From Candidatus Kryptoniota bacterium (GTDB taxonomy: Bacteria; Bacteroidota; Ignavibacteria; Kryptoniales; JAKASW01), in NCBI GenBank assembly GCA_046705025.1, contig JBJKQU010000043.1, forward strand, positions 22,611 through 86,610: a stretch of 64,000 nt of DNA. The letters are read 5' to 3'. The notes under the pieces were generated by a model. It did no database searches, was not told the origin of the DNA, and saw only the letters and a program-made list of their open reading frames with translations. Positions within the stretch are counted from its first letter, which is position 1; each line of letters opens with the position of its first letter. This document shows positions 45,708-54,478 of this stretch, piece after piece. A program made the position numbers and the translations under genes.

Positions 45708-46456
45708 CTCAACTTGTCCAGGTAATCCTTATTGAAGTACTTATCGGGAAGCTCTCGGGGGCCGTATGAGTCGTAAAGCATGATCGTGGTGCGCCCCGGG
45801 CGCAGCCTGTCGGTGATCGTCGTTTGGGTCAGCAGTACTCTCCCGTTTATCTCTTCGTACTTGTCGAAGCTTATGCTCTTGTAATGCTTTCCGGAGGTAA
45901 GGTAGATTTCTGCCCGCTTCGGTCTATCGGTCCCTTTGGCAACCCAGTACACAATATGGTTGTAGGTCGCGCCGTCCCGCTTGGCCTTCAGGTCCAGCAC
46001 GTAGCACGGCGTACCGTCGAGGACTTCTTCACGCAGCAGCTTAGCCGAATAGTCCTGTGCATACCGGGTGCGGGCAACATCGCCGTTCGACGCGTCTCCC
46101 ATCAGTCGCTGGAGCGGCGTGATCCGGATCGGCCTTCTCGTGTCGGGCATGTAGAGCCACATGTCGTCGCCCACCATGAGAAGGTACTCCCCCTTCACGT
46201 CGGCGTTCAGGAATTTCACCAGGGTTTTGTCCGCGCCTTTAATTGTCACATCGAAGCGGCCTGTGTCCTTCAGCTTCCCGTCCTCGAAGTTCTTGATCGT
46301 GGTATGAACGGCGTAGGAGTCCCAGCCGTTGCGGCTCACATCCGACAACTGTAGGATCTTATCGGCCGGGAGCTTTTCCGGTGAGCTCTGGGCATGTGCG
46401 CAGGCGGTTGCAATGAACAGGCTGAATACGAGTAAGATGGTTAGTTTGCGATTCAT
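45704..46456 (-). CDS. Outer-membrane lipoprotein-sorting protein (LolA-like fold)
   Basis: Start set at ATG 46456 (MNRKLTILLVFSLFIATACAHAQ). The pattern KTLVKFLNADVKGEYLLMVGDDMWLYMPDTRRPIRITPLQRLMGD...DGTPCYVLDLKAK matches the LolA_like family. Confidence 0.65.
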   Translation of the reverse strand: MNRKLTILLVFSLFIATACAHAQSSPEKLPADKILQLSDVSRNGWDSYAVHTTIKNFEDGKLKDTGRFDVTIKGADKTLVKFLNADVKGEYLLMVGDDMWLYMPDTRRPIRITPLQRLMGDASNGDVARTRYAQDYSAKLLREEVLDGTPCYVLDLKAKRDGATYNHIVYWVAKGTDRPKRAEIYLTSGKHYKSISFDKYEEINGRVLLTQTTITDRLRPGRTTIMLYDSYGPRELPDKYFNKDYLDKLR

Positions 46457-46606
46457 GACAGTCCTTTCAAGGTTTGAGGATAGAACACGGATATTACGGA
46501 CGATGCGGAATCCCACGGATTTGAAATGTAATTTGGCCATGGATCCGCGAGAATCCGCTCGTTACGTTTCGTCCGTGTTCCGTATTTTTGTATTCTCTTC
46601 TCCCGG

Positions 46607-47833
46607 CTAGATGTGGCCTAACGCATCTACGATCTTCAGCCTCGACGCCCTGTACGCCGGTACCACTGTCGAAACGACGGTCGTCATCGACATCAGCACG
46701 AACACTCCGGCGAAAAGCATCGGCACCGTATCTATCAGAAGCGGGTAACCGCTCGTCCTACCCGGAGCAGGGGGCATCATGATATGGGATCCGTTTATCA
46801 GCTCCGCAAGACCATAAGCGATCAGGAGCCCAAGCACGGATCCGAGAACTCCGATGATCAGCCCTTCGTAAAGGAAATTCAGCATCAGGCGCAGGCGCGA
46901 TGTTCCCACAGCCAGCTGAGTTCCTATCTCCTTTGTCCGCTCGAAGATTGACATCATCATCGTGTTCGAGCTGCTCAGAACGACGATTATGAAAATGATG
47001 ACTCCGAGGAATCCGAAGATAGCATTGTACAGGCGCACGACGGCATTATAGAAAGTCGCAAGATCGAACCAGCGCTTTGCCGTGATGTTCGGAAACATGT
47101 TCTCCAGCTCCGCCGCGACGGCCGTAGTCTTGTCGGTCTGATCGAGGACGACGACCAGCTTCGTGACCTTGTCCGAGTTGAGCAGATGCTGTGCAGTATT
47201 GAGGTCGACCATTAGCGCGCGCTCGTCGTACTCCGGGATCCCTGTCGAATAGGTGCCGACGACTTTGACATCTATCGCATTCAATGCGCCCTTCGAAGTT
47301 GTCGTCATGAGGGTCAGGTATTCGCCGGGTTTGGCCTTCATCGTCTTCGCCAGCCCGCTCGCCAGGACTACCTCATTGTCTTTTGTGTCGGCGGGATCCT
47401 GGTCGAGGAACCGTCCAGTATCGATGTCGAGGCCGAGGTCGGATAGCTTGAGCTCTTTGTCCGGCTCGACGCCGCGTCCGAGGAACGCCTCCGACTTGTC
47501 GCCGTTGGAGATCAGTCCCATGAACTCGATGCGCGCCATCGTAAACCGTACATGATCGAGCGTGATGATTTTCTTCTTCATCGCGTCGACGCTGTCGAGC
47601 CCGAGTTGCAGCGGATGGTCCTCTTCACGCTCGAGGTATTCTTTGTTGAACAGCTGGATATGGCCCAGCTGTCCGTGGATCGTCGACTCGCTCAGTCCCC
47701 TGAACGTAAAAACGATGAACCCGCCGGCGAGGATGAGCGCTGTCGCGCCGAACACCAGCACGAGGCCGGTGATCGCCGTGCGGCGGCGGTTGCGAAACAC
47801 ATTTTTGAAAGCAAGCTTCATGAAATTAGACAT
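46607..47833 (-). CDS. ABC transporter permease, FtsX/LolC-like (single module with periplasmic domain)
   Basis: Start set at ATG 47833, preceded by GGAG (MSNFMKLAFKNVFRNRRRTAITGL...). C-terminal FtsX motif ERTKEIGTQLAVGTS. Confidence 0.85.
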   Translation of the reverse strand: MSNFMKLAFKNVFRNRRRTAITGLVLVFGATALILAGGFIVFTFRGLSESTIHGQLGHIQLFNKEYLEREEDHPLQLGLDSVDAMKKKIITLDHVRFTMARIEFMGLISNGDKSEAFLGRGVEPDKELKLSDLGLDIDTGRFLDQDPADTKDNEVVLASGLAKTMKAKPGEYLTLMTTTSKGALNAIDVKVVGTYSTGIPEYDERALMVDLNTAQHLLNSDKVTKLVVVLDQTDKTTAVAAELENMFPNITAKRWFDLATFYNAVVRLYNAIFGFLGVIIFIIVVLSSSNTMMMSIFERTKEIGTQLAVGTSRLRLMLNFLYEGLIIGVLGSVLGLLIAYGLAELINGSHIMMPPAPGRTSGYPLLIDTVPMLFAGVFVLMSMTTVVSTVVPAYRASRLKIVDALGHI

Positions 47834-47853
47834 TGGTTTCTCCTCGCCTTGAA

Positions 47854-48546
47854 TTATGCCTGAACCTGTTGACCGTTCACGATGATGCCGTCGTGCAGCT
47901 TCACGATCCGCCTGGCATGCTGCATGACAAGCTGGTCGTGCGTGCAAAAGAGGAATGTCACCTTGTCTTCCTCGTTGAGCGTGTGCATGAGGTCGAGTAT
48001 CTCAGAGGCCGTGGCCGAATCGATATTTGCCGTCGGCTCGTCTGCCAGGATGAGCTTCGGCCTGTTGACGAGTGCGCGGGCGATGGCGACGCGCTGCCGC
48101 TGGCCGCCGGAGAGCTCGTTCGGCTTGTGCTTCCGGAATTCCCAGAGCTTCACTTCTCTTAGAGCCCTCTCCACCATCTCCCGACGCTGCGCGCCGCTCT
48201 TCTTAGTGAGGAGAAGCGGGTACTCGACGTTTTCATACGCCGTGAGCACGGGAATAAGGTTGAACGTCTGAAAGATGAAGCCGATCTTTTCCAGCCTGAT
48301 AGAGTGGAGCTTTGTCAGGCCGTTGTACTTCACCCGGGCTCCTTCTAGGAAGACGGTCCCGGCAGTCGGCGAATCGATAAGGCCGAGGAGGTTCAGCAGT
48401 GTCGTCTTGCCGCTGCCCGAAGGCCCTGAGATTGCCGTGAATTCTCCCGGCTCGATATCGAGGGTCAGGCCGCGGAGTGCGTGCACTTCCGTCCTGCCGA
48501 GCACGTAGGTTTTCGTGATCGCCTGTGTTTGAACCAGTAAGTCCAT
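47854..48546 (-). CDS. ABC transporter ATP-binding protein (LolD/MacB-type)
   Basis: 230 aa. Walker A GPSGSGKTT, signature LSGGQRQRVAIARAL and Walker B ILADEPT. Confidence 0.95.
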   Translation of the reverse strand: MDLLVQTQAITKTYVLGRTEVHALRGLTLDIEPGEFTAISGPSGSGKTTLLNLLGLIDSPTAGTVFLEGARVKYNGLTKLHSIRLEKIGFIFQTFNLIPVLTAYENVEYPLLLTKKSGAQRREMVERALREVKLWEFRKHKPNELSGGQRQRVAIARALVNRPKLILADEPTANIDSATASEILDLMHTLNEEDKVTFLFCTHDQLVMQHARRIVKLHDGIIVNGQQVQA

Positions 48547-48565
48547 TGCTTCTCCTCCGAGCGTT

Positions 48566-49219
48566 TTAATTTAAATCTTTCAGTTCCCGGCCGGCGTCCT
48601 GTGCGGTTTTGGACCCGGGAGCGGAATCGATCGCCTTCTGCAGGAGTTCCTTCGCTTTCTCAGGATTGTTGTCCTGCTTGTAAGCGTAACCCGCCCAGTA
48701 GTAGATTGTCGATTTGAGCTGCGGGTCGAAATGCGGGAACGCGGGCGAGTTCATTAGGTACGAGAAATCTTTCAATGCGGTTCCAATCCGCTTGAACATC
48801 GAGGGCAGCCTGGCACTGTTGATGCCGCGGGTAAGGCGAACCGCCACGTTGTCGGGAGCAAGGTCGACCGCTTTGTCCATCTCGTCGATGCCCTTCTCGA
48901 CATCGTTCTTTTTCGTGAACGGCCACCACGCGTCGCGTCCGCGAAGCGTCCAGAGGCTTCCCCTGTATGCCAGCGCCACCGCGTTCGTCGGGTCCAGGGC
49001 GAGGACGGTATCGAAGCAGGTGAAACCTTTCTCGACCGCATCCTTGTTGCCGGCCACTCCCTCGTTATGGTACGCGATGCCGAGCTCCAGGAGAGCTTTG
49101 ACGTCGTGGGGCGAATGAGCTACCTGTGCCTGAAGGTCTTTGATCGAACCCTGCGGGGAGCACACCGCTGTGGACATGAGAACCGCAAATGCTGTAATGA
49201 CGAAGCGTCGGTAATCCAT
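48566..49219 (-). CDS. Secreted TPR-like repeat protein
   Basis: 217 aa with a signal peptide. Helical repeats with A/L/Y/G spacing (ALLELGIAYHNEG..., YYWAGYAYKQDNNPEKAKELLQKAI). Confidence 0.6.
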   Translation of the reverse strand: MDYRRFVITAFAVLMSTAVCSPQGSIKDLQAQVAHSPHDVKALLELGIAYHNEGVAGNKDAVEKGFTCFDTVLALDPTNAVALAYRGSLWTLRGRDAWWPFTKKNDVEKGIDEMDKAVDLAPDNVAVRLTRGINSARLPSMFKRIGTALKDFSYLMNSPAFPHFDPQLKSTIYYWAGYAYKQDNNPEKAKELLQKAIDSAPGSKTAQDAGRELKDLN

Positions 49220-49490
49220 GACAATTCTCCTTTATTTTCGTGTGAAACTATCTTGTTGACGTGCACAAGATGGCCGGTGCGGTCGTGAAAGAGGAGGAGA
49301 TTCCGACGAAACGACAAAAGAGAGGGATGAAATGATATCAGGATGGACGAATCGCCTACGGCTGAGATCCTCATACAAAGAAATGGAGGCGCTTGAGAAG
49401 TAACTCAAATAACAGGTAAATTTATACGTGTTCACACCCGGGTTGGAGAAAGTGCCTTATAATCACCATTTAGAATGGAGCGAAACGAAG

Positions 49491-50867
49491 ATGTCGCCAG
49501 GGATGACGCGCCCGCGGAGCATACCGACTCCGCACGGTGTTGTACTTGCCCTTCTACTGACGTCAATGATCATCGCTCAATGGGGCTGTGGAGATCAAAA
49601 CGCCGCAGGAGTATCCTCACGATACTCGATCATCAAAGGAACGGTCACGGATGATTCGGGGGGCTACTCTTTCGATCGTGTTGCCGGATTCCGAACAGTG
49701 TCGATGGCCGGGTCGGCTGTTCAGGGCGCGAAAGTGGTTGCGATGTGGGCTCCGTCCGGAGGCACACTTGGCCCAATCTCGGACACCGCCATAACGGATG
49801 CAGCGGGAGGATTTTCGCTCACATGTGGAACGACCGGGATAAACAATGTCAAAGTGGTTGCAACCAAGGACGGGAGAACGTGGGAGGCCATCGTCGGGTC
49901 GAGACTGAGTTTGGGCGGGATAGCACATTGCCAGCCTTTGACGGATCAAAGTACGGTCGAAGCGCGGGTGTATTCAATGCTGGCCGGCGGCAGCGGCTCA
50001 GGCTCTGTAGCCCTTGCCGACATAGTCGAGGTAGTGAGCTCTCCGGTTGCTGCCGCGGCGAAAAATACCGACGCCGGCATCGAACAGCTGGCCGCCTCCA
50101 TTAAAGCAGGAGAAGAAACATGGATCCTCGCACTGCAAAACTCCTCGATAGGAAATGCCTCATTGCCGACGGTAAACGTCGTGCAGCTCATACGGAGCAC
50201 CGCGGAGCAGGCCCTGGAGCTGGGGCTAAACAAGGCGGGCGAGAACCGAGCACTCTCCGAAAACGCGTTTACCGTCTTCTTGCAGGAAGACCAGGAGGCT
50301 TACCTGACCGAAGGTGTCGGCACGCAGGCGGTTGCTCAGATCGCTGCTATCTGTTCGCGAGCTGAAACGAACGCCCTGACGGGCGCGGACTCTACTCTCA
50401 AGTTAGAAGTGACTCGACAAACAAACCTGATTACGGCCTTTATGGTCAAAGATGCAATAGATTCAAGCATGCGAGCCCTCCTGGCTTCTCAGCTAAAGCT
50501 CGACTCGGCGAATGCCGCCGGAGAAGCGCTCATGGAAGAAATTCAGGGTAGCTATACATCTGCGGAGATTGGTTCGGCACTGAGTACTTATCACGACACC
50601 ATCCTTCGACTGACAGCAAATGCGGTAGGAGGCGAGCAGGCATCTCAGGTTACGGCGGCCGACAGCCTGATAAACGCCGTTATCGGGTTGAAACCCAATT
50701 TCCTGCGGGTAATATCGCTGCAATTGTCGGCCGGCGATCTGGTGCAGATTTACGCATCCTTCTTTCAAGGCGTCGAATCGGAAACGAAGAAGGTCGTTAG
50801 CCCCCTTCCCGCGTACGAGGTAAATGCTATTGCAAGCATATTGATGCTGACAAACATGACGAACTGA
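49491..50867 (+). CDS. Lipoprotein of unknown function (N-terminal CarboxypepD_reg-like beta domain plus a long Ala-rich helical region)
   Basis: Start at ATG 49491, preceded by GGAG. Lipobox LLLTSMIIAQWGC. The motif IIKGTVTDDSGG...AAGGFSL resembles carboxypeptidase-regulatory domains. The remaining roughly 300 aa are A/L/E/Q-rich. Confidence 0.5.
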   Translation: MSPGMTRPRSIPTPHGVVLALLLTSMIIAQWGCGDQNAAGVSSRYSIIKGTVTDDSGGYSFDRVAGFRTVSMAGSAVQGAKVVAMWAPSGGTLGPISDTAITDAAGGFSLTCGTTGINNVKVVATKDGRTWEAIVGSRLSLGGIAHCQPLTDQSTVEARVYSMLAGGSGSGSVALADIVEVVSSPVAAAAKNTDAGIEQLAASIKAGEETWILALQNSSIGNASLPTVNVVQLIRSTAEQALELGLNKAGENRALSENAFTVFLQEDQEAYLTEGVGTQAVAQIAAICSRAETNALTGADSTLKLEVTRQTNLITAFMVKDAIDSSMRALLASQLKLDSANAAGEALMEEIQGSYTSAEIGSALSTYHDTILRLTANAVGGEQASQVTAADSLINAVIGLKPNFLRVISLQLSAGDLVQIYASFFQGVESETKKVVSPLPAYEVNAIASILMLTNMTN

Positions 50868-51052
50868 ACCGGCGAAAGCGCGACGGGTGGACCCGGAGAC
50901 GGGAGACGATACAACAGGATTACGAATGCATTAGTGTTATAAACTATGCCTGAACTCAGTAAACCGCTGGAGACAGAGAGAAATTAGGAAGCAGTAATCA
51001 ATGCGATGAGAAGCCTGTAGAAGGTGATCAGCCATTTCCCTCCGAGTTCCTC

Positions 51053-51070
51053 CCCAACGGGCCCGTTGGG
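51053..51070 (+). terminator. Perfect 18-bp palindrome downstream of the lipoprotein gene
   Basis: CCCAACGGGCCCGTTGGG followed by CCTTGCCTCTTGTGTC. Lies about 185 nt after the stop at 50867. Confidence 0.4.
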
Positions 51071-51151
51071 CCTTGCCTCTTGTGTCATAGTGCCTTTCGA
51101 CCTTTGTTCCTCTTCACCCCTTACCCTCTTTACCTCTTAGCCGCCTCACCC

Positions 51152-51190
51152 GGCAACCGGTTTGCCAATTCCTGAACCGATAGCTAACTT
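51152..51190 (+). promoter_or_regulatory. Candidate GH78 promoter with an overlapping CG-centred pseudo-palindrome
   Basis: GGCAACCGGTTTGCCAATT (51152-51170) contains the perfect palindrome AACCGGTT. TTGCCA (51162-51167), a 17-nt spacer, TAACTT (51185-51190). A 19-mer with 15/19 identity occurs at the RhaT promoter. Confidence 0.45.
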
Positions 51191-51246
51191 AGCATCGGCA
51201 CAGAAGCCGGGGCGTTCAACCAAACGGGCATGCAAGGAGAAATGAG

Positions 51247-54105
51247 ATGCAGCTGAACGCAATAACATTAACCGTCTTGTTCCTGTTTCCAATGACCACG
51301 TTTGCGGGGCTCTCTACAACGAAAGAAGACGGGGCTTTGCACCCGCAGCATCTGAGATGCGAGTATCTGGTCAATCCTCTCGGCATCGACGTGCTCAATC
51401 CCCGGTTATCCTGGTATTCAACATCGAAGCAAAGAGAAGAGAAGCAGTCAGCTTACAGGATACTGGCAGCAAGCTCACTCAGAAAACTGAACGCCGATCA
51501 GGGCGACTTGTGGGATACTGAAAAAGTCGATTCAGACCAGAGCCTCAATGTAATCTACAAAGGCAAGAAATTGCACTCCGGCGAATACTGTTTTTGGAAG
51601 GTGCGAGTATGGGACAAAAATGGTGATGAGTCGCAATGGAGCAAGCCAGCGAGGTGGAGCATGGGGCTGCTCAACAAGGACAACTGGCAGGGATATTGGA
51701 TCGGACTCGACAGCGATTCAGGGCGCGGCAATCAGGATGCGGAGTACGCTGGACTGGTCCCTCCTCCAAACAACGGGTATTCCGAGTCGCACGGATTTCC
51801 CGAGTCAGAGTACACTCACCTGTCGGCGCGTTACCTTCGCAAAGAATTCGATGCACCTCGAAAGGTTGAACGTGCGACCGCATACATCTGCGGTCTGGGA
51901 TACTTCGAACTGTATTTCAACGGGAAGAAAATTGGGAATCAGGTACTTGCGCCGGCGCTCTCACAATACCCAAAGAGATCTTTCTACATGACCTTTGACG
52001 TCACCAAGGATGTTAACGAAGGTGAGAACGCCATAGGAGTAACACTGGGCAACGGCCGATTCTTCGCCCCGCGTCACAACTTCCCTACAAAGACCAATAC
52101 TTACGGCTTTCCAAAAATGATCTTTCAGCTTAACATGGAGTACTCCGACGGCAGCCAGCAAAGCATCGTCAGCGACACGACCTGGAGAATTACCGCGAAC
52201 GGTCCGATCGTTTCAGACAATAGTTATGACGGGGAAATATATGATGCCAGAAAGGAGATGCCCGGATGGAACAAGGTCGGTTTCGATGCTACCGGCTGGA
52301 TGAGGGCGGAGAGAGTCGCGGACCCCTCCGACGTGTTGAGCGCGCAGATGATCAAGCCGATCAAGATAATGCAGACTTTGAAACCCCGGGCAGTGAAAGA
52401 GCTCAAACCGGGCGTTTATATCTATGACATGGGACAAAACATGGTGGGGTGGGCTTCCCTGAAGATACGGGCGAAAAGAGGGACGAAGATCAGCTTAAGG
52501 TTTGCCGAGACTTTGCTGCCGGACGGAGAATTGAGTACAGCAAATCTCCGCTCGGCGGAACAAACGGATGTCTTTGTAGCCAATGGCGAGGGACTGGAAG
52601 AATGGCAGCCGGAATTTGTTTATCATGGGTTCAGGTTTGTAGAGTTGACCGGCTATCCCGGCAAGCCAAATTTGAATACGATCACAGGTAAAGTCGTTTA
52701 CGATGATCTCAGAACGACAGGTCATTTTACCTGTTCCGATAAAATCGTCAACAAGGTTTATCAAGCGGCGTACTGGGGGATTCGTGGAAACTATCACAGC
52801 ATTCCGACGGACTGTCCGCAGCGGGACGAGCGTCAGGGATGGGAGGGTGATCGCTCCACGAATTCCTACGGGGAGAGTTATGTCTTCGACAACAATGCCC
52901 TTTACTCAAACTGGATGACAGACATCGCAGACGCTCAGAAACCGTCCGGAAGCCTTCCCGACCTGTCTCCGGATTACTGGCCGGTTTTCACCGACAACAT
53001 GACCTGGCCGTCTACCCTCCTGATAGTCCCCGACCATCTCTACCGACAGTTCGGAAATCTCAAGGTAATTGCCGATCATTACCCCGCAATGAAGAAGTGG
53101 TTGTTCTACATGCGCGACAAATACATGAAGAATCATCTCCTTCCGAAAGACACGTACGGCGACTGGTGCATGCCGCCGAGAAACCCGACGAGGATTCATT
53201 CGCAGGATCCGAGCAGAATAACTCCCGGGGACTTCATAGGATCGTCGTACTTTTACTATTGCCTGAAGCTGATGGGAAACTACGCGCACCTTCTCGGGAA
53301 AACCGAAGACGCGCAGAAGTTCACTTCATTGGCAGGCAAGGTCAGAGACGCGATCAACAAGACATACCTCAACAAGGACAGCCTTTACTACGCGAACAAC
53401 ACAGTAACCGCGAACGCTATCGCGCTGTCCTTCGGGATACCTCCAAACGGGATCAGGGAGAAAGTGTTTGAGCACATTGCATATAAGATAGCTCAAGTCT
53501 ACAACGACCATACAAGTTGCGGTTTGGTCGGTGAGCAATGGCTTATGCGCACCCTTACGAATTACGGCCGGTCCGACCTGGCACTCAGGATTGCCGAAGA
53601 GACGACTTACCCGAGCTGGGGGTACATGATAAAGGAGGGCGCTACCACGATATGGGAACTGTGGGACGGTAATACGGCCAACCCCGCTATGAACTCCCAT
53701 AATCATGTAATGCTGCTGGGCGATTTCGTCGTCTGGCTCTACCAGGACCTTGCCGGAATCAAGGCCAATCCCGCTTACTCGGGATACAAAAACATCATCA
53801 TGGAGCCGTATCCTGCCGGCAATCTGCGATATGTCAGGGCTTCTTATCTGTCTCCTTACGGACCCGTCGGAAGCGACTGGCACCTGAAAGGAAAAGTGTT
53901 CACATGGGACATAAGCGTTCCGGTCAATACCACCGCGACGATCTACGTTCCCGCCCGGAAGGAAAGCGACGTGACGTTAAGCGGTAAGAAACCCTCAAGC
54001 GTACCGGGCGTCAGTTTCTTGAGGTATGAAGGCGACAGAGCCGTTTATGAAATCGGATCCGGAGATTACCGGTTCACTTCCGCGGATGGAAGGATAACCG
54101 AATAG
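51247..54105 (+). CDS. GH78 alpha-L-rhamnosidase, secreted
   Basis: 952 aa. AGGAG RBS and a signal peptide. N-terminal LRCEYLVNPLGIDVLNPRLSWY and catalytic-domain PTDCPQRDERQGWEGD motifs are typical of GH78. Confidence 0.85.
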   Translation: MQLNAITLTVLFLFPMTTFAGLSTTKEDGALHPQHLRCEYLVNPLGIDVLNPRLSWYSTSKQREEKQSAYRILAASSLRKLNADQGDLWDTEKVDSDQSLNVIYKGKKLHSGEYCFWKVRVWDKNGDESQWSKPARWSMGLLNKDNWQGYWIGLDSDSGRGNQDAEYAGLVPPPNNGYSESHGFPESEYTHLSARYLRKEFDAPRKVERATAYICGLGYFELYFNGKKIGNQVLAPALSQYPKRSFYMTFDVTKDVNEGENAIGVTLGNGRFFAPRHNFPTKTNTYGFPKMIFQLNMEYSDGSQQSIVSDTTWRITANGPIVSDNSYDGEIYDARKEMPGWNKVGFDATGWMRAERVADPSDVLSAQMIKPIKIMQTLKPRAVKELKPGVYIYDMGQNMVGWASLKIRAKRGTKISLRFAETLLPDGELSTANLRSAEQTDVFVANGEGLEEWQPEFVYHGFRFVELTGYPGKPNLNTITGKVVYDDLRTTGHFTCSDKIVNKVYQAAYWGIRGNYHSIPTDCPQRDERQGWEGDRSTNSYGESYVFDNNALYSNWMTDIADAQKPSGSLPDLSPDYWPVFTDNMTWPSTLLIVPDHLYRQFGNLKVIADHYPAMKKWLFYMRDKYMKNHLLPKDTYGDWCMPPRNPTRIHSQDPSRITPGDFIGSSYFYYCLKLMGNYAHLLGKTEDAQKFTSLAGKVRDAINKTYLNKDSLYYANNTVTANAIALSFGIPPNGIREKVFEHIAYKIAQVYNDHTSCGLVGEQWLMRTLTNYGRSDLALRIAEETTYPSWGYMIKEGATTIWELWDGNTANPAMNSHNHVMLLGDFVVWLYQDLAGIKANPAYSGYKNIIMEPYPAGNLRYVRASYLSPYGPVGSDWHLKGKVFTWDISVPVNTTATIYVPARKESDVTLSGKKPSSVPGVSFLRYEGDRAVYEIGSGDYRFTSADGRITE

Positions 54106-54326
54106 CCGAATCTAGCTGTCCCGATAAGTCATACTCGAGGAAGCATCCGGGCCATCGGCTGAAGGTTGCCGGAGCAGCAGCCGGTCTTCAAGGGTCTGCA
54201 ACAAATTTATAAGACAGATCTCGAATTTGGTTGTATTGGGGAGTCTCTGAATGCCAGTGAGCGGACAGATCTGAGCAATCCGATAATCCGTTCTATTGAT
54301 TTAGATGTACTCACCCCTCCTGTAAT

Positions 54327-54396
54327 CCTCCCCCACGAGGGGAGGATGTTTAAGCCCGAACGCATGGGATGTGTTCCTTCCCCTCGTAGGGGAAGG
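54327..54396. terminator. Pair of related short GC hairpins between convergent GH78 and GH3 genes (bidirectional terminator or REP-like elements)
   Basis: Hairpin 1 is CCTCCCC-CACGA-GGGGAGG (54327-54345). Hairpin 2 is CCTTCCCC-TCGTA-GGGGAAGG (54376-54396). Both share the design CC(T)TCCCC N5 GGGGA(A)GG and lie 30 nt apart. Confidence 0.5.
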
Positions 54397-54478
54397 TCAG
54401 GATGGGGTGGGCCTGGAGCTACTCAATAATGAGATTGGATCCGATTTCGGCGTTACATTTTTGTCGTACACCCGGCCT

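Noticed and set aside
54166-54429. An 87-aa plus-strand ORF between GH78 and GH3.
   Set aside because: Its odd peptide segments (PHEGRM, PSPRRGRSGWG) are just translations of the two GC hairpins. There is no RBS and no motif.
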